The notes beneath the pieces were generated by a model. The model saw only the letters and a list, made by a program, of their open reading frames with translations, did no database searches and was not told the origin of the DNA. Shown here in pieces: positions 1 to 9,179 of a stretch of DNA of 56,003 nt. Each line of letters opens with the position of its first letter. Position 1 is the stretch's first letter. This stretch comes from Thermoplasmatota archaeon (lineage in GTDB: Archaea > Thermoplasmatota > E2 > DHVEG-1): positions 1-56,003 of the forward strand of contig DATKKD010000047.1 of NCBI GenBank assembly GCA_035543435.1. The letters are read 5' to 3'. A program made the translations under genes and the position numbers.

Positions 1-485
1 TCACCTCCGGTCCAGCTCAGTTGTGCAGTGAGTGAGACGTTGATCGATCCATTCTTTGGGAATGGGATGCTTGGTTGGTATGGCGGTAGGTTGCCCCTCG
101 TGGTGAACATCCAAAGATCACCTGTTGCTGATTGGCTGTTGTTGTCCCAAGCGATGATTCTCCAGTAGTAGGTCGTAGTCAGGTTTAGGATTCCTGGGCT
201 GAATATGGTCGTGGAGATGTTGGTGGCGACTTGGGGTGGTGTTTGATTAGTCCCGAAGAACACGTTGTAGGTGACGGTGTCGTTGTCAGGATCACCTCCA
301 GTCCAGTTGAGCAGAGGGGTGACCGAGACGTTCGTTGATCCATTGCTTGGAAACGGGTTGCTGGGAACATTCGGTGGGCTGTTGCGAACATTCCCGAACG
401 CGGATGCTTTTATATACGCGCACGAGGACGTTACGAGCAAGAAGGCCAGTAGAACAGCGCAGCCGACGTGAAGCGTCGATATCAT
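1..485 (-). CDS. secreted repeat-domain surface protein, N-terminal part (gene runs off the window start)
   Basis: Open minus-strand frame from ATG (485-483) to the window edge. It is absent from the ORF track because no stop is reached. My translation MISTLHVGCAVLLAFLLVTSSCAYIKAS... has a signal-peptide-like start. Two ~97-aa tandem units follow (NGS.NVS...L.WTGGDPDNDTVTYNVFFGT...TTYYWRIIAWD...LWMFTT), an FN3/Ig-like pattern typical of archaeal surface proteins. The nucleotide repeat is 1-66 vs 291-356. Confidence 0.6.
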   Translation of the reverse strand, partial: MISTLHVGCAVLLAFLLVTSSCAYIKASAFGNVRNSPPNVPSNPFPSNGSTNVSVTPLLNWTGGDPDNDTVTYNVFFGTNQTPPQVATNISTTIFSPGILNLTTTYYWRIIAWDNNSQSATGDLWMFTTRGNLPPYQPSIPFPKNGSINVSLTAQLSWTGG

Positions 486-667
486 ATTATTGTTTGATGG
501 TTTCTTCAACATATCTTTTTCCTCCAGTCAAGGATTTTACACGTAAAATAAGGAGTAGGCAATATATAATAGTTATGATGAAAGGAGTATTAAAAGTCGT
601 TTTTTATATAAAACCAGCCTTGAATAAAAGAAAAGAGATAAAAAAAGTGAGGACGGTGAGGCCTCGC

Positions 668-2539
668 CTAGCGGTTAAAGAAGTGATTCACCAACAGATG
701 GAGTCTTTCTTGGAGGAATTGCCAGAGCAACTGAAGGGCTGTCGGTGGGACAACAAGCGGCGTCTTCATGTAGACGGGGATGAGAGCGAAATCATTGGGG
801 TCGTGGATGTTCACAATTTTCACAGTCCCGTTAAATTCGCTTCTCTGCGAAGGAGCAACAACCGTTACTTGCACGGTGAACGCCCCGTCCTCCGGCGTCA
901 GTCCTGTGCCATTCTGTGGTTGGAACGTCCAGGTGCCCCAGGATGGCCATGTCTCAATCCTCCAGTCGAGCAGCGACATGGGGTCCCCGATGTTTTCCAC
1001 GATGAAATTCCCATGGGCGGTCGCCCCTGGTTTGATGCCGGTCCAAGAAAGGCCTCCTTCGGTGCTCAAATCAGGGTTCCTCGGTGTACTCCCGCCGGTC
1101 GTAAGCCCTTTGATGCAGAAGTTCGCGGTCTGGTTCCGTGACTCGTTGTGGAAATCGTACTCATAGAGATCCGCCCAGGACGACCCCGCCCAATAGTAAC
1201 TCTCACCGGCGTGGGCAACGGATTTCACCTCGGTGCCACGATCCTTTACCGCAAGGAGGGTCGACACAATGGACGTCCGATCGATCGCCTGGCCACCCGC
1301 GAGGAGTTTGACGTAGATGTAGAACGGGTCACCCGCAGTCAGACTCACCGGATGAGCAAGCGTGACCGTGTGATATCCCTTGTAATCGATGGTCCCTGAT
1401 GCGCTTGCCAGTTCATTCTGCAGTGCACCACCCTCAAACCGCCCGTACACCTTCGCCTCGTATCCGACTCCATCGGTTGCGGTGTAGAAGCTCACCGCCT
1501 GGAGTGTTTCGTTCCCCTGTGCCGTGAATGCGTTGAAGGCTTCGGAGATGTCGGTGAGGGTGTCCCGCCATCCATGGTAATCGTAGTAATAGGTATGGTC
1601 ATAGGGATGGAGTTGAACATCCTGGAATGATACCGCACCCATCTCCGGGTTCTGGCCGCACCATCTATCGTAGTAGGAGACCCAGAAATAGCCGCCCTCA
1701 GGCCCCCACCCCGAGCCCCAGCTGTTCTTGCAGATCCAGGCGCCGGGGAGCGGAGCTGGTGTGACCTTGGCGTCATCCCAGCCGACGATCGCGACCGCAT
1801 GGTTTGGTGGTGTCTGTGAAGATGGTGGTTGATAGAATGCGTAGTAACTCCCGTAGCTATGGATATAATTATTTTCATAGTCAATACAGGTCCCCATGAC
1901 GCCGTTCGTCATCAGCGTTTCCTTGATCGTGTCGATGTTAGAGAGGTTTGTTCCCGCAATGAACCATTCGATATCGTTGGGGTAGAAGATCTCATAGGTG
2001 CTGTTGTGATACTCGGGGATGTTGTAGTACCACGCGGCGTCCTCTTCGGTGTTATCGTTCGCGGCTGCGCAGTACACCGCGCCGTCCCCTCGGGTGATGT
2101 AGGCTGACGCGATGAGATAATCGCCCCCTTCATGGACGGGGAGGCCACTGCCTTGCGAATCGCTGTTATTGTACGTGTTGAAACCGTTCCACCAATCGAG
2201 GTGATACTCAGCGAGATTTGGTTCCTCAGAATGTCCGGTCACGTTCCAGTTCCCCGTGATGAGGAGGTTCCCTTCGAGGGCAGCCATCGTCCCATGGGTC
2301 CAGCAGGTCCCCCCAGTTTGATCCTTCACGGAGGTCACATAGTCATGTCCGTCGTCATTGCGCAGATCAAAAGAGCTGGGCGGATTAAATGACGGAGAAA
2401 TCGATGTGGTTCGTGGTAATGATGCAACGGTCGACTCGGTGCTTTGTGCGGCTATGGAGAGCGCGGTTCCTGGTACCACCATAAGCATCGTCAGACACAC
2501 GGCAATCAAAAGCTTCCCTATGGTCCTTTTTTCATTCAT
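668..2539 (-). CDS. secreted papain-like (C1 family) cysteine peptidase with C-terminal Ig-like domains
   Basis: Track ORF 668..2593. I place the start at MNEKRTIGKLLIAV (ATG 2539), which gives a signal peptide. Catalytic motifs are DQTGGTCWTHG (Cys), NHAVAIVGWDD (His) and WICKNSWGSGWGPEGGYFWVSY (Asn/Trp). Confidence 0.8.
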   Translation of the reverse strand: MNEKRTIGKLLIAVCLTMLMVVPGTALSIAAQSTESTVASLPRTTSISPSFNPPSSFDLRNDDGHDYVTSVKDQTGGTCWTHGTMAALEGNLLITGNWNVTGHSEEPNLAEYHLDWWNGFNTYNNSDSQGSGLPVHEGGDYLIASAYITRGDGAVYCAAANDNTEEDAAWYYNIPEYHNSTYEIFYPNDIEWFIAGTNLSNIDTIKETLMTNGVMGTCIDYENNYIHSYGSYYAFYQPPSSQTPPNHAVAIVGWDDAKVTPAPLPGAWICKNSWGSGWGPEGGYFWVSYYDRWCGQNPEMGAVSFQDVQLHPYDHTYYYDYHGWRDTLTDISEAFNAFTAQGNETLQAVSFYTATDGVGYEAKVYGRFEGGALQNELASASGTIDYKGYHTVTLAHPVSLTAGDPFYIYVKLLAGGQAIDRTSIVSTLLAVKDRGTEVKSVAHAGESYYWAGSSWADLYEYDFHNESRNQTANFCIKGLTTGGSTPRNPDLSTEGGLSWTGIKPGATAHGNFIVENIGDPMSLLDWRIETWPSWGTWTFQPQNGTGLTPEDGAFTVQVTVVAPSQRSEFNGTVKIVNIHDPNDFALIPVYMKTPLVVPPTALQLLWQFLQERLHLLVNHFFNR

Positions 2540-2643
2540 GGTCTTCAAGCCCCCTATACATAATAATGATGAATGACAGATATTAATATCCAAGTGTTAT
2601 AAATACATTGTCATTCTGCAAAGAAAAATCCTTTTGACGGCAG

Positions 2644-3174
2644 CTAAAAGTGATTGATTATGAAATCACGAAACCTCTCGTACTTCCCAAGCCACCGGAC
2701 CACCCGATTGGTTGTCCTGAAGATCTGTGAGTCAAACAAGCGGGTGACCATGAGCGTCACGACAAAGATAATCAGGCCCATGAGCGCTGTCAAGTAGATG
2801 TCGATTTTCCCGAAGTACATCACGTACACAAAGGCGATGATCGCTCCCAGCAGCGTCATGAAGAACGACCTGATGATGAAATACAGTCGTTGCAGCCAGG
2901 TGGAGAGGAGCAGCGCCTGTATCACCGCCATCTTTTCGATCGAGCACACCTTCCCCTCTGAATCGTGTTCGATCTCCTGCAGAAGCTTTTTCGTATGGTG
3001 CAGGTCTGATAACTGTAAGATCTTTTTTGCGAAGGAGGTGTCTGTGATATCATGGCTGCTGGCAGTTTCGATCTCCTCTGTAATTTTTTTAGCGATCATC
3101 TGAATTTCATCGTCCAAATTATAGTTCTTTCGATTCATATGCACACCATTCTCGTAGAACATCCTGGTGGTCAA
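2644..3174 (-). CDS. hypothetical membrane protein (soluble N-terminal half, 2-3 C-terminal TM helices)
   Basis: 176-aa ORF with hydrophobic segments LLLSTWLQRLYFIIRSFFMTLLGAIIAFVYVMYF and LTALMGLIIFVVTLMVT. No motif recognised. Confidence 0.5.
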   Translation of the reverse strand: MTTRMFYENGVHMNRKNYNLDDEIQMIAKKITEEIETASSHDITDTSFAKKILQLSDLHHTKKLLQEIEHDSEGKVCSIEKMAVIQALLLSTWLQRLYFIIRSFFMTLLGAIIAFVYVMYFGKIDIYLTALMGLIIFVVTLMVTRLFDSQIFRTTNRVVRWLGKYERFRDFIINHF

Positions 3175-3314
3175 GATGGAACGTCTCAGAATCTCACAGA
3201 CCGTTATTTATACATTCTGTCTGAATACGGATTACCGTGTATGACCACCGCACCATCGTCCCCAAATTATAAGAACGAATAAGTCATTCCGCCTTACCAT
3301 CTGGAGACGTGACT

Positions 3315-3488
3315 ATGCCAACGAAGAATATTGGAACCGCGGCAAATGAAAAAAACCTCGAGCTGAAGAAATGGTTCAAGGATATGAACGCTGTGATGGA
3401 GCAATGGAAATTCTCAGTCGAGACCACCAAAGAAGGCACCCGTATCGAGCTACATGCGGTCGCCCTCATCAAACAGCAAAAAAAATAA
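3315..3488 (+). CDS. 57-aa small protein, paralog of 5684..5881
   Basis: Below the track length cutoff. GGAG lies 8 nt upstream of the ATG. My translation is MPTKNIGTAANEKNLELKKWFKDMNAVMEQWKFSVETTKEGTRIELHAVALIKQQKK. It aligns with the C-terminal 40 aa of 5684..5881 (shared W-K-[FI]-S-[VM]-E-x3-EGTRI). Confidence 0.45.
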   Translation: MPTKNIGTAANEKNLELKKWFKDMNAVMEQWKFSVETTKEGTRIELHAVALIKQQKK

Positions 3489-3537
3489 ATTCACCTGGTA
3501 GGCTCTCCCTTTTCACGCGTCAAACCGTTGCTCGCTC

Positions 3538-4149
3538 CTATAGGTCAGGCCAGATTCTTTCTTGTTCTCCTTCAGGAGGATATATCTCTTTCCAACGACC
3601 TTTACGAACCAAATAGGAGGCTTCGAAGAGCTTCAGAAGCCCGAAGTCTTTTCGATCGTCTGACATCGCGAGATGATAGTCGTAGTCCTTACGTGGGTAA
3701 CGCTGTTGTATCGCGGTTATTTTTTTCTCCCGAAACATGTGGTTGAAATGCGTGAGATCCTGATCGAGGGTGCTCGAGACATACTGCCACCCTAATTTCG
3801 CTGAGAGATATTTCACGTAATCCTCTGGTGAGGCGGTGCAAAGCACGACCACGGTCCCCTCATCGGTCTCCTCCTGGACGAAGCGAAGCAGCGGGGTGCA
3901 GACATCCTCGTACAAAGATTCGCCAAAGGTTCGCATGATGTCTTCATAGTCAGGAGTTTTTCTGATGACTCCTAAAAGGCTTTTCTGATACATCCCCCGA
4001 GAAAGCAACCCGAAACCCCGAAGCAGAGAATAGTAAATGATTGGCATGAAGCACCGAGGCCTCTGGAGGAACTCCATCACGCATTTCCCCCATGAGTTAT
4101 ACGGCAGCAGGGTGTTGTCCAAATCGATGACGTTGAGTTTCTTGCTCAT
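3538..4149 (-). CDS. HAD-superfamily hydrolase/phosphatase
   Basis: Track ORF 3538..4161 uses a TTG start. ATG at 4149 gives MSKKLNVIDLDNTLLPY, which carries HAD motif I (DxDxT). Confidence 0.6.
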   Translation of the reverse strand: MSKKLNVIDLDNTLLPYNSWGKCVMEFLQRPRCFMPIIYYSLLRGFGLLSRGMYQKSLLGVIRKTPDYEDIMRTFGESLYEDVCTPLLRFVQEETDEGTVVVLCTASPEDYVKYLSAKLGWQYVSSTLDQDLTHFNHMFREKKITAIQQRYPRKDYDYHLAMSDDRKDFGLLKLFEASYLVRKGRWKEIYPPEGEQERIWPDL

Positions 4150-4179
4150 GAGGGCCGCCAATGATTTTTTTCTGTCCGC

Positions 4180-5007
4180 CTAATGGTGGAGGGACACCAG
4201 AAGCTTTTTCTTGGTATCATCGTTGAAATGAATATCGGGGCGCATCTGTACCAGGTCGATGTACTCGGCCGCCGCCTCAAGCGATTGGGGAGCATAGTAC
4301 CGGCGGGCGAGGGTGAGGATGTCATCGATGGGGCAGAACTCGAGGAAACAGCAGAGAAGACACGCAAGGTCATAGGCCAGTTTGTACCGCGATGGAACAT
4401 CTTTCTGGAGATGACCGATATCAAGGATGTAGACGGTGTCCCCCACCATGATGTTGTCCGGTTTCAGATCGCCATGGAAAACCCTTTTGCGATGCATGCG
4501 GTACAGGTACCGAAAGACCATGTCGACGATCTCCGGTTTGATCTCGTGAAACGAAGAGATTGGCTTTGCATCGAGATATTCCGTCACCACCAACCATGAC
4601 TGGCCTCTCAGCCAGTAGTATCCGTATGGTTTGGCCGTGGGAATCCCGAGGCGATATAACGTCTCCAATCGTTCGAAATGATCCTGTGCCATTTCCTCGG
4701 TGGTCTCAAAGATTCCGAAGAGAGGCCGCTTGGCGTGGATTTGGAGGTACACATTTTTCAACAGCTGTATGGACCGGTCTGTCAGCATGTCGCTGTAACT
4801 CATGATCTTGCCGAAATAACGTGTTTTTTTCCCTCGCTTGTTCCGTCCCGTGATTCTGACTGGGAGGGAGAGCCGAGAGACCCCGATATCTATTGGCCGG
4901 ACTGACACGATTGAGAGGCCGAAGCGTGCCGTCATGATCCTTCGGACGCAGCGCAAGTTTTCGTGATAAAAAACTCCGGGGGTGGAGTCCGTCGTCTGCT
5001 CTGTCAT
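4180..5007 (-). CDS. protein-kinase-like fold protein (RIO/Bud32/LPS-kinase-like)
   Basis: Catalytic loop FHGDLKPDNIMV and DxG-like ILDIGH. About 275 aa. The exact subfamily cannot be assigned by eye. Confidence 0.65.
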   Translation of the reverse strand: MTEQTTDSTPGVFYHENLRCVRRIMTARFGLSIVSVRPIDIGVSRLSLPVRITGRNKRGKKTRYFGKIMSYSDMLTDRSIQLLKNVYLQIHAKRPLFGIFETTEEMAQDHFERLETLYRLGIPTAKPYGYYWLRGQSWLVVTEYLDAKPISSFHEIKPEIVDMVFRYLYRMHRKRVFHGDLKPDNIMVGDTVYILDIGHLQKDVPSRYKLAYDLACLLCCFLEFCPIDDILTLARRYYAPQSLEAAAEYIDLVQMRPDIHFNDDTKKKLLVSLHH

Positions 5008-5022
5008 GGACCACCTGCAACG

Positions 5023-5673
5023 CTAGCTTGCCTGTTGCCCGTCTTTCTCCTTGGAGGTCTGCGCGACTTCCATGCATGCTTTCTCCGTGGCATTCTGTCT
5101 TGCCTTCCTTCGTCCCCGTCCCCCAAGCCACATTGCAAGAAGGAAATGGAATGCACGCCCGTAATGGATCTTAAGCGTGTCGTTCTCCCCTCGTCCGTAC
5201 TCGAACACTGGCCTGCCCTTGTACGAGAAGATGATGTGCCAGATCTTCAGAGGCGGCAGTGAAAAGGAAACGTCGTTGGTGTTCAGAATCACGTTCGTAT
5301 CCTTCACCGCGATGTCCATGTCCATGACGTCCTTCACCTTGAGTGGGATCTGGACGCCGCTGCGGAACAGAGACCGGGAGACCGCGTAGGCGAGCATCTC
5401 GATCGTCGAGACATCAAACACCTGTGATGTCTTCATCGTGTGGTGCTCAAGGGCGGGTTTCTCCGGGGCTTCGGACGCTCTCTCCTCTTTTGTCGTCACG
5501 ACCTCAGAGGTCTCGACGGCAGGACCCTGCGGAACGCGATCCTTATGGTATTCACTGATGACCTTGCGACCAGCTTTATCCTCCCATTCCTCAGGATTCA
5601 TGAGGACGCGGTCAGGATCGGATTGCTTATCGGACAACGTTTTTTTTGTTTTCTTCTTTTTTTCTACGGCCAT
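5023..5673 (-). CDS. hypothetical protein with Lys-rich N-terminus
   Basis: 216-aa ORF spaced 10-15 nt from both neighbours in the same orientation, so operon-like. No motif recognised. Confidence 0.5.
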   Translation of the reverse strand: MAVEKKKKTKKTLSDKQSDPDRVLMNPEEWEDKAGRKVISEYHKDRVPQGPAVETSEVVTTKEERASEAPEKPALEHHTMKTSQVFDVSTIEMLAYAVSRSLFRSGVQIPLKVKDVMDMDIAVKDTNVILNTNDVSFSLPPLKIWHIIFSYKGRPVFEYGRGENDTLKIHYGRAFHFLLAMWLGGRGRRKARQNATEKACMEVAQTSKEKDGQQAS

Positions 5674-5683
5674 AACGAATCAC

Positions 5684-5881
5684 CTACCGTTTCACAATCA
5701 CCTGAAACCGCACGAAGATGCGGGTTCCTTCCTCAAACTCCTCCATAGAGATTTTCCAATCCTCGACCTCCACCCGCAGGTTCTGAAAAAATTTGTCCAA
5801 CGCCTCGAGAACGACCTCGAAGTTCTCCTTTTTCCCCTCGACGAGATGGAGCACTTCAACGATTTTTTCTTTGTTACTCAT
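5684..5881 (-). CDS. 65-aa small acidic protein, paralog of 3315..3488
   Basis: First gene of the 5881->3538 minus-strand operon. The ...EDWKISMEEFEEGTRIFVRFQVIVKR tail is shared with 3315..3488. Confidence 0.5.
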   Translation of the reverse strand: MSNKEKIVEVLHLVEGKKENFEVVLEALDKFFQNLRVEVEDWKISMEEFEEGTRIFVRFQVIVKR

Positions 5882-6112
5882 ACACGATACCCTCTAACCG
5901 ATTTTCTGTAGTTTATTCGCGATAGTTCCCCATACGAGAATCGCCATTAACCTCCTGAACAGGAGGTGACACGAGTCCATAGAGCCAAGGAGATTATAAG
6001 AATAACTCAAAAACAGATGAAAAATACATAAAGGATGACCGTCTGTCACTTTTCCTCTCTGAGGTGATACACTACAGCAGGCATGCTTCGTCAGAGATCC
6101 CATCGATGAAGA

Positions 6113-6916
6113 TCAAGACAACCCAAACCCTGTTTCCAGGAGTGTCACCAACTGGTCTATGAAACGCGCCACGGGGCCTCCGTCCACGACATCATGGTCG
6201 ACATGAATCGTCAGGTGAAGAAACTCACGCACCTGAATCTTACCGTCGACCACACCCGGTTTCTGTGTGATGCCCCCGAGGGCGAAGAACGTCCCAATCG
6301 GGCCGCCCATCCCAATCACAAACCCAGGGAATCTGCCTTTCATCCCGATCGCAGTCACCCCGATAGTCCCAAGGTGCTTCTTCTTGAGCATCCCGTTTCT
6401 CCGCATGAGAACCAGGCCAAGTTTTTTCATAAACACAGGCGCACGGAGCAAGCGGCGTTCCCACGGAGTCAACTGATCATCGAATGCCTGGAAGTGTGTG
6501 TTCAGAGGTTTCTGCTGTGCGCTACGGATCTCACGGGTGATGTCTGCGACTGATTTTTCGTTCGCCTTCCGGATGATGTACCCTATGAGGAGCGCCTCCC
6601 CATTGACCTCTCGTTCGATGGGCATGGAAACATCGACATCGTCAAACAGCACGAGCTTGCGACGACCCTGGCGATACGCGTTCAAGAGTTTATGTTCGCT
6701 TGCCGCCTGAGCGATGCATTTAATGACCCATCCGGTGAACGAAACATCGTTGAGATTCTCCTCCTTTATTCGTTGCATGATCCCACGCGCGAGGGTCACA
6801 TCGACCTCTAAGAGCGCGTGCGCATTGCGCCGACGTTTCCCTTCCGTGGTCACAAGGACGACGTTCCGGCGGTCCTTCGTAAAAGGCCTTATCTCATAGT
6901 TTCCGAGCCGATCCAT
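6113..6916 (-). CDS. 2-oxoacid dehydrogenase acyltransferase (E2) catalytic-domain protein, stand-alone
   Basis: HLTIHVDHDVVDGGPVARF matches the E2/CAT-fold active site DHRxxDG. Start placed at MDRLGNYEIRPF (ATG 6916) to avoid the overlap created by the track start at 7039. No lipoyl domain. Confidence 0.7.
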   Translation of the reverse strand: MDRLGNYEIRPFTKDRRNVVLVTTEGKRRRNAHALLEVDVTLARGIMQRIKEENLNDVSFTGWVIKCIAQAASEHKLLNAYRQGRRKLVLFDDVDVSMPIEREVNGEALLIGYIIRKANEKSVADITREIRSAQQKPLNTHFQAFDDQLTPWERRLLRAPVFMKKLGLVLMRRNGMLKKKHLGTIGVTAIGMKGRFPGFVIGMGGPIGTFFALGGITQKPGVVDGKIQVREFLHLTIHVDHDVVDGGPVARFIDQLVTLLETGFGLS

Positions 6917-7006
6917 AGCACCATACCGCCGATGATATGAAGATTCAAATACTTTTTCGCAGAAAATTTTAGTATCACCTATCCATGTAGTACGACTCTG
7001 GAGAGT

Positions 7007-7576
7007 ATGAGACCACACCCGATACTTGCAATTGAGCACTGCGAAGCGTCGCTGTCACCCTGGCTTCTTCTTGAGTACCAACACTGCGCGAAACTCTGGA
7101 AGGATCAACTTGTGTTCACCCGCGTCACGAAGAAAAAGACCGCGGAGGCGTTACAGCTGCTCGGCCGTGTCGAACGAGAAAAGGCTGACCTTGTGTTCTC
7201 TGGCAAGCGCGGTATCATCCTTGATCCTCAGGCAAAAAAACCGCTGACATCAAACGACTGTCGTTCTTGCGACGTCATCATCATCGGTGGATTGCTCGGC
7301 TACGAACGACCCCGAGGTCGAACGAAGACGATGATTAGCGATGCGTCTCGATTCTACACACGGCATCTCGGCAGCCTCCAGCTCTCCATCGACGGCGCCG
7401 CATTCGTCGCCCAAGCGATTTGCCTAGGGATGCGCCTCGAGGACATCGAGATAGCGCGAGAAGTAGAAATCAAACACGATGCAGTACATTCAACCATCCT
7501 GCCGTTTGGATACCCGGTCATCGATGATCATCCCATGATCACCCCAGGACTGATCGACTATCTAAACCATCTATAA
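7007..7576 (+). CDS. predicted SAM-dependent RNA methyltransferase (DUF431/SPOUT-like)
   Basis: The N-terminus ILAIEHCEASLSPWLLLEYQHC resembles the conserved IEH.E..LS.W...EY.H start of the DUF431 family as I remember it. Not verified. Confidence 0.45.
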   Translation: MRPHPILAIEHCEASLSPWLLLEYQHCAKLWKDQLVFTRVTKKKTAEALQLLGRVEREKADLVFSGKRGIILDPQAKKPLTSNDCRSCDVIIIGGLLGYERPRGRTKTMISDASRFYTRHLGSLQLSIDGAAFVAQAICLGMRLEDIEIAREVEIKHDAVHSTILPFGYPVIDDHPMITPGLIDYLNHL

Positions 7577-7683
7577 TATATTATAATGACTAACCAGTCT
7601 TTTTTCGATTTATACGATTCATAAAAGTAATATCTTTAAATAATAGCCACCGGTTATCATTCTTAAAATGGTAGGGAGAGGCC

Positions 7684-8466
7684 ATGCAAGAAAGTAAGAA
7701 AATAATTTCCCTTGTTCTGATATCGGCGCTCCTGATTGGTGCAGTCGCGATATCAGGATGCACGCAGCAACAAAAAACGAACACCATCATTATCGGGACA
7801 TCCTCGGATTTTAAACCTTTTGAATACAAAGCCGCGAATGGAACCATCATTGGCTTTGACATTGACTTGATTACCAGGATCCTCCGGGATGCGGGCTATA
7901 ATGTCACAGTCCAGGATATAGGATTCGACTCCTTGATACCAGAGCTTCAGACCGGGAAGATCAATGTCATCGCCGCAGGCATGACCATTACCGATGAAAG
8001 AAGGCAACAAGTTGATTTCAGCAACCCATACTACGATGCTAATCAATCGGTGCTTGTGAAAATCGGCTCCGGTGTCAACATCACCAATGTCAATGATTTG
8101 GCAAATTACACCCTTGGCGCCCAGACCGGGACAACAGGGTGGCAATGGATCAACGACACCTTCTATGCAACCGGAAAAATACCGCAAAGCAAGTTCAACA
8201 GCTACGACCTGTACACCGATGCGGTCAATGACCTTCTCATCGGTCCTGCCCGTGTAGGTGCAGTTGTCATCGATTCACCAGTCGCAAAAGCATTTACCCT
8301 TACCGATCCGGTGAGGATAGTTCTCAATATTCCAACGAACGAATCCTATGGGTTTGCAGTACAAAAAGGAAACACAGCACTCCTCAACAAGATCAACACA
8401 GAGTTAGCAACAATCATGACGTCACCATACTGGAATGAGCTCATCCAACAATACTTCACGACCTAA
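7684..8466 (+). CDS. polar amino-acid ABC transporter substrate-binding lipoprotein
   Basis: Signal peptide with lipobox-like AISGCTQQ. Family-3 SBP pattern (GFDIDL..., AAGMTITDERRQQVDFSNPYY). First gene of an ABC operon. Confidence 0.85.
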   Translation: MQESKKIISLVLISALLIGAVAISGCTQQQKTNTIIIGTSSDFKPFEYKAANGTIIGFDIDLITRILRDAGYNVTVQDIGFDSLIPELQTGKINVIAAGMTITDERRQQVDFSNPYYDANQSVLVKIGSGVNITNVNDLANYTLGAQTGTTGWQWINDTFYATGKIPQSKFNSYDLYTDAVNDLLIGPARVGAVVIDSPVAKAFTLTDPVRIVLNIPTNESYGFAVQKGNTALLNKINTELATIMTSPYWNELIQQYFTT

Positions 8467-8486
8467 ACAACACATGGAGTGATTCA

Positions 8487-9161
8487 TTGGCGCTTGAAAC
8501 GCTGATCGACTCACTCCCCCAACTCCTGAACGGCCTTGGTGTGACCCTGGGGCTCACCGCATTTGGCATCCTCCTTGGGACCTCTGCAGGGATCCTCCTC
8601 GCAATTGGGCGCTCCTATGGACCGCGACCTCTCGCCTACCCTATCTTGATTTTCGAGAAAGTTTTCCGAGGCATCCCACTCCTTGTGTTATTTTTTCTTA
8701 TTTACTTCGGACTCACTCAGCTGGGAATTTCCTTCGATGCGTTCACCTCCGCAGTCATTGGGCTGGGGTTAAGGAGCGCCGCGTACCAGGCGCAGATCTA
8801 CCGCGGGTCGATCAACTCTATCCCGGTCGGACAGATCAACGCCGCGTACTCGCTTGGGATGTCGAAGCTAAAAGCGATCAGGTACGTAATCCTACCGCAG
8901 ATGCTCCGTATATCAATCCCGGGGTGGTCCAACGAATTCACGATCCTTCTCAAGGATACTTCGCTTGCATTCGGCATCGGAGTGATTGAGCTCATGCGAC
9001 AGGGTCGCTACATCCAGGTCCGTGACCCAAGCTTAGTCCTGCCGGTGTTCCTCCTCATTGCTGCCATCTACTTCGTTCTTGTGTTTACCGCGAACAAAAC
9101 CCTTAGGGTCGTAGAAAAGAAATACCAGATGGCAGGCTTCCAAGCGGAGGCACACCGATGA
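8487..9161 (+). CDS. amino-acid ABC transporter permease
   Basis: His/Glu/Gln/Arg/opine-type permease. EAA-like loop AAYSLGMSKLKAIRYVILPQ and multiple TM helices. Confidence 0.85.
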   Translation: MALETLIDSLPQLLNGLGVTLGLTAFGILLGTSAGILLAIGRSYGPRPLAYPILIFEKVFRGIPLLVLFFLIYFGLTQLGISFDAFTSAVIGLGLRSAAYQAQIYRGSINSIPVGQINAAYSLGMSKLKAIRYVILPQMLRISIPGWSNEFTILLKDTSLAFGIGVIELMRQGRYIQVRDPSLVLPVFLLIAAIYFVLVFTANKTLRVVEKKYQMAGFQAEAHR

Positions 9162-9179
9162 AGAAAGGGGGAAGACATC

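Noticed and set aside
3284-3472. 62-aa minus-strand track ORF and the 3371..3616 plus-strand ORF.
   Set aside because: Both overlap the better-supported 3315..3488 plus-strand ORF, which has an RBS and a paralog at 5684..5881.
5894-6103. 69-aa minus-strand ORF in the gap between the E2 acyltransferase and the small-protein gene. A CCTCCTG-AAC-AGGAGG hairpin lies at about 5951-5966.
   Set aside because: The ORF has no RBS, motif or paralog, and its composition looks intergenic. The hairpin is short and could be a terminator-like element, but I cannot support a function.
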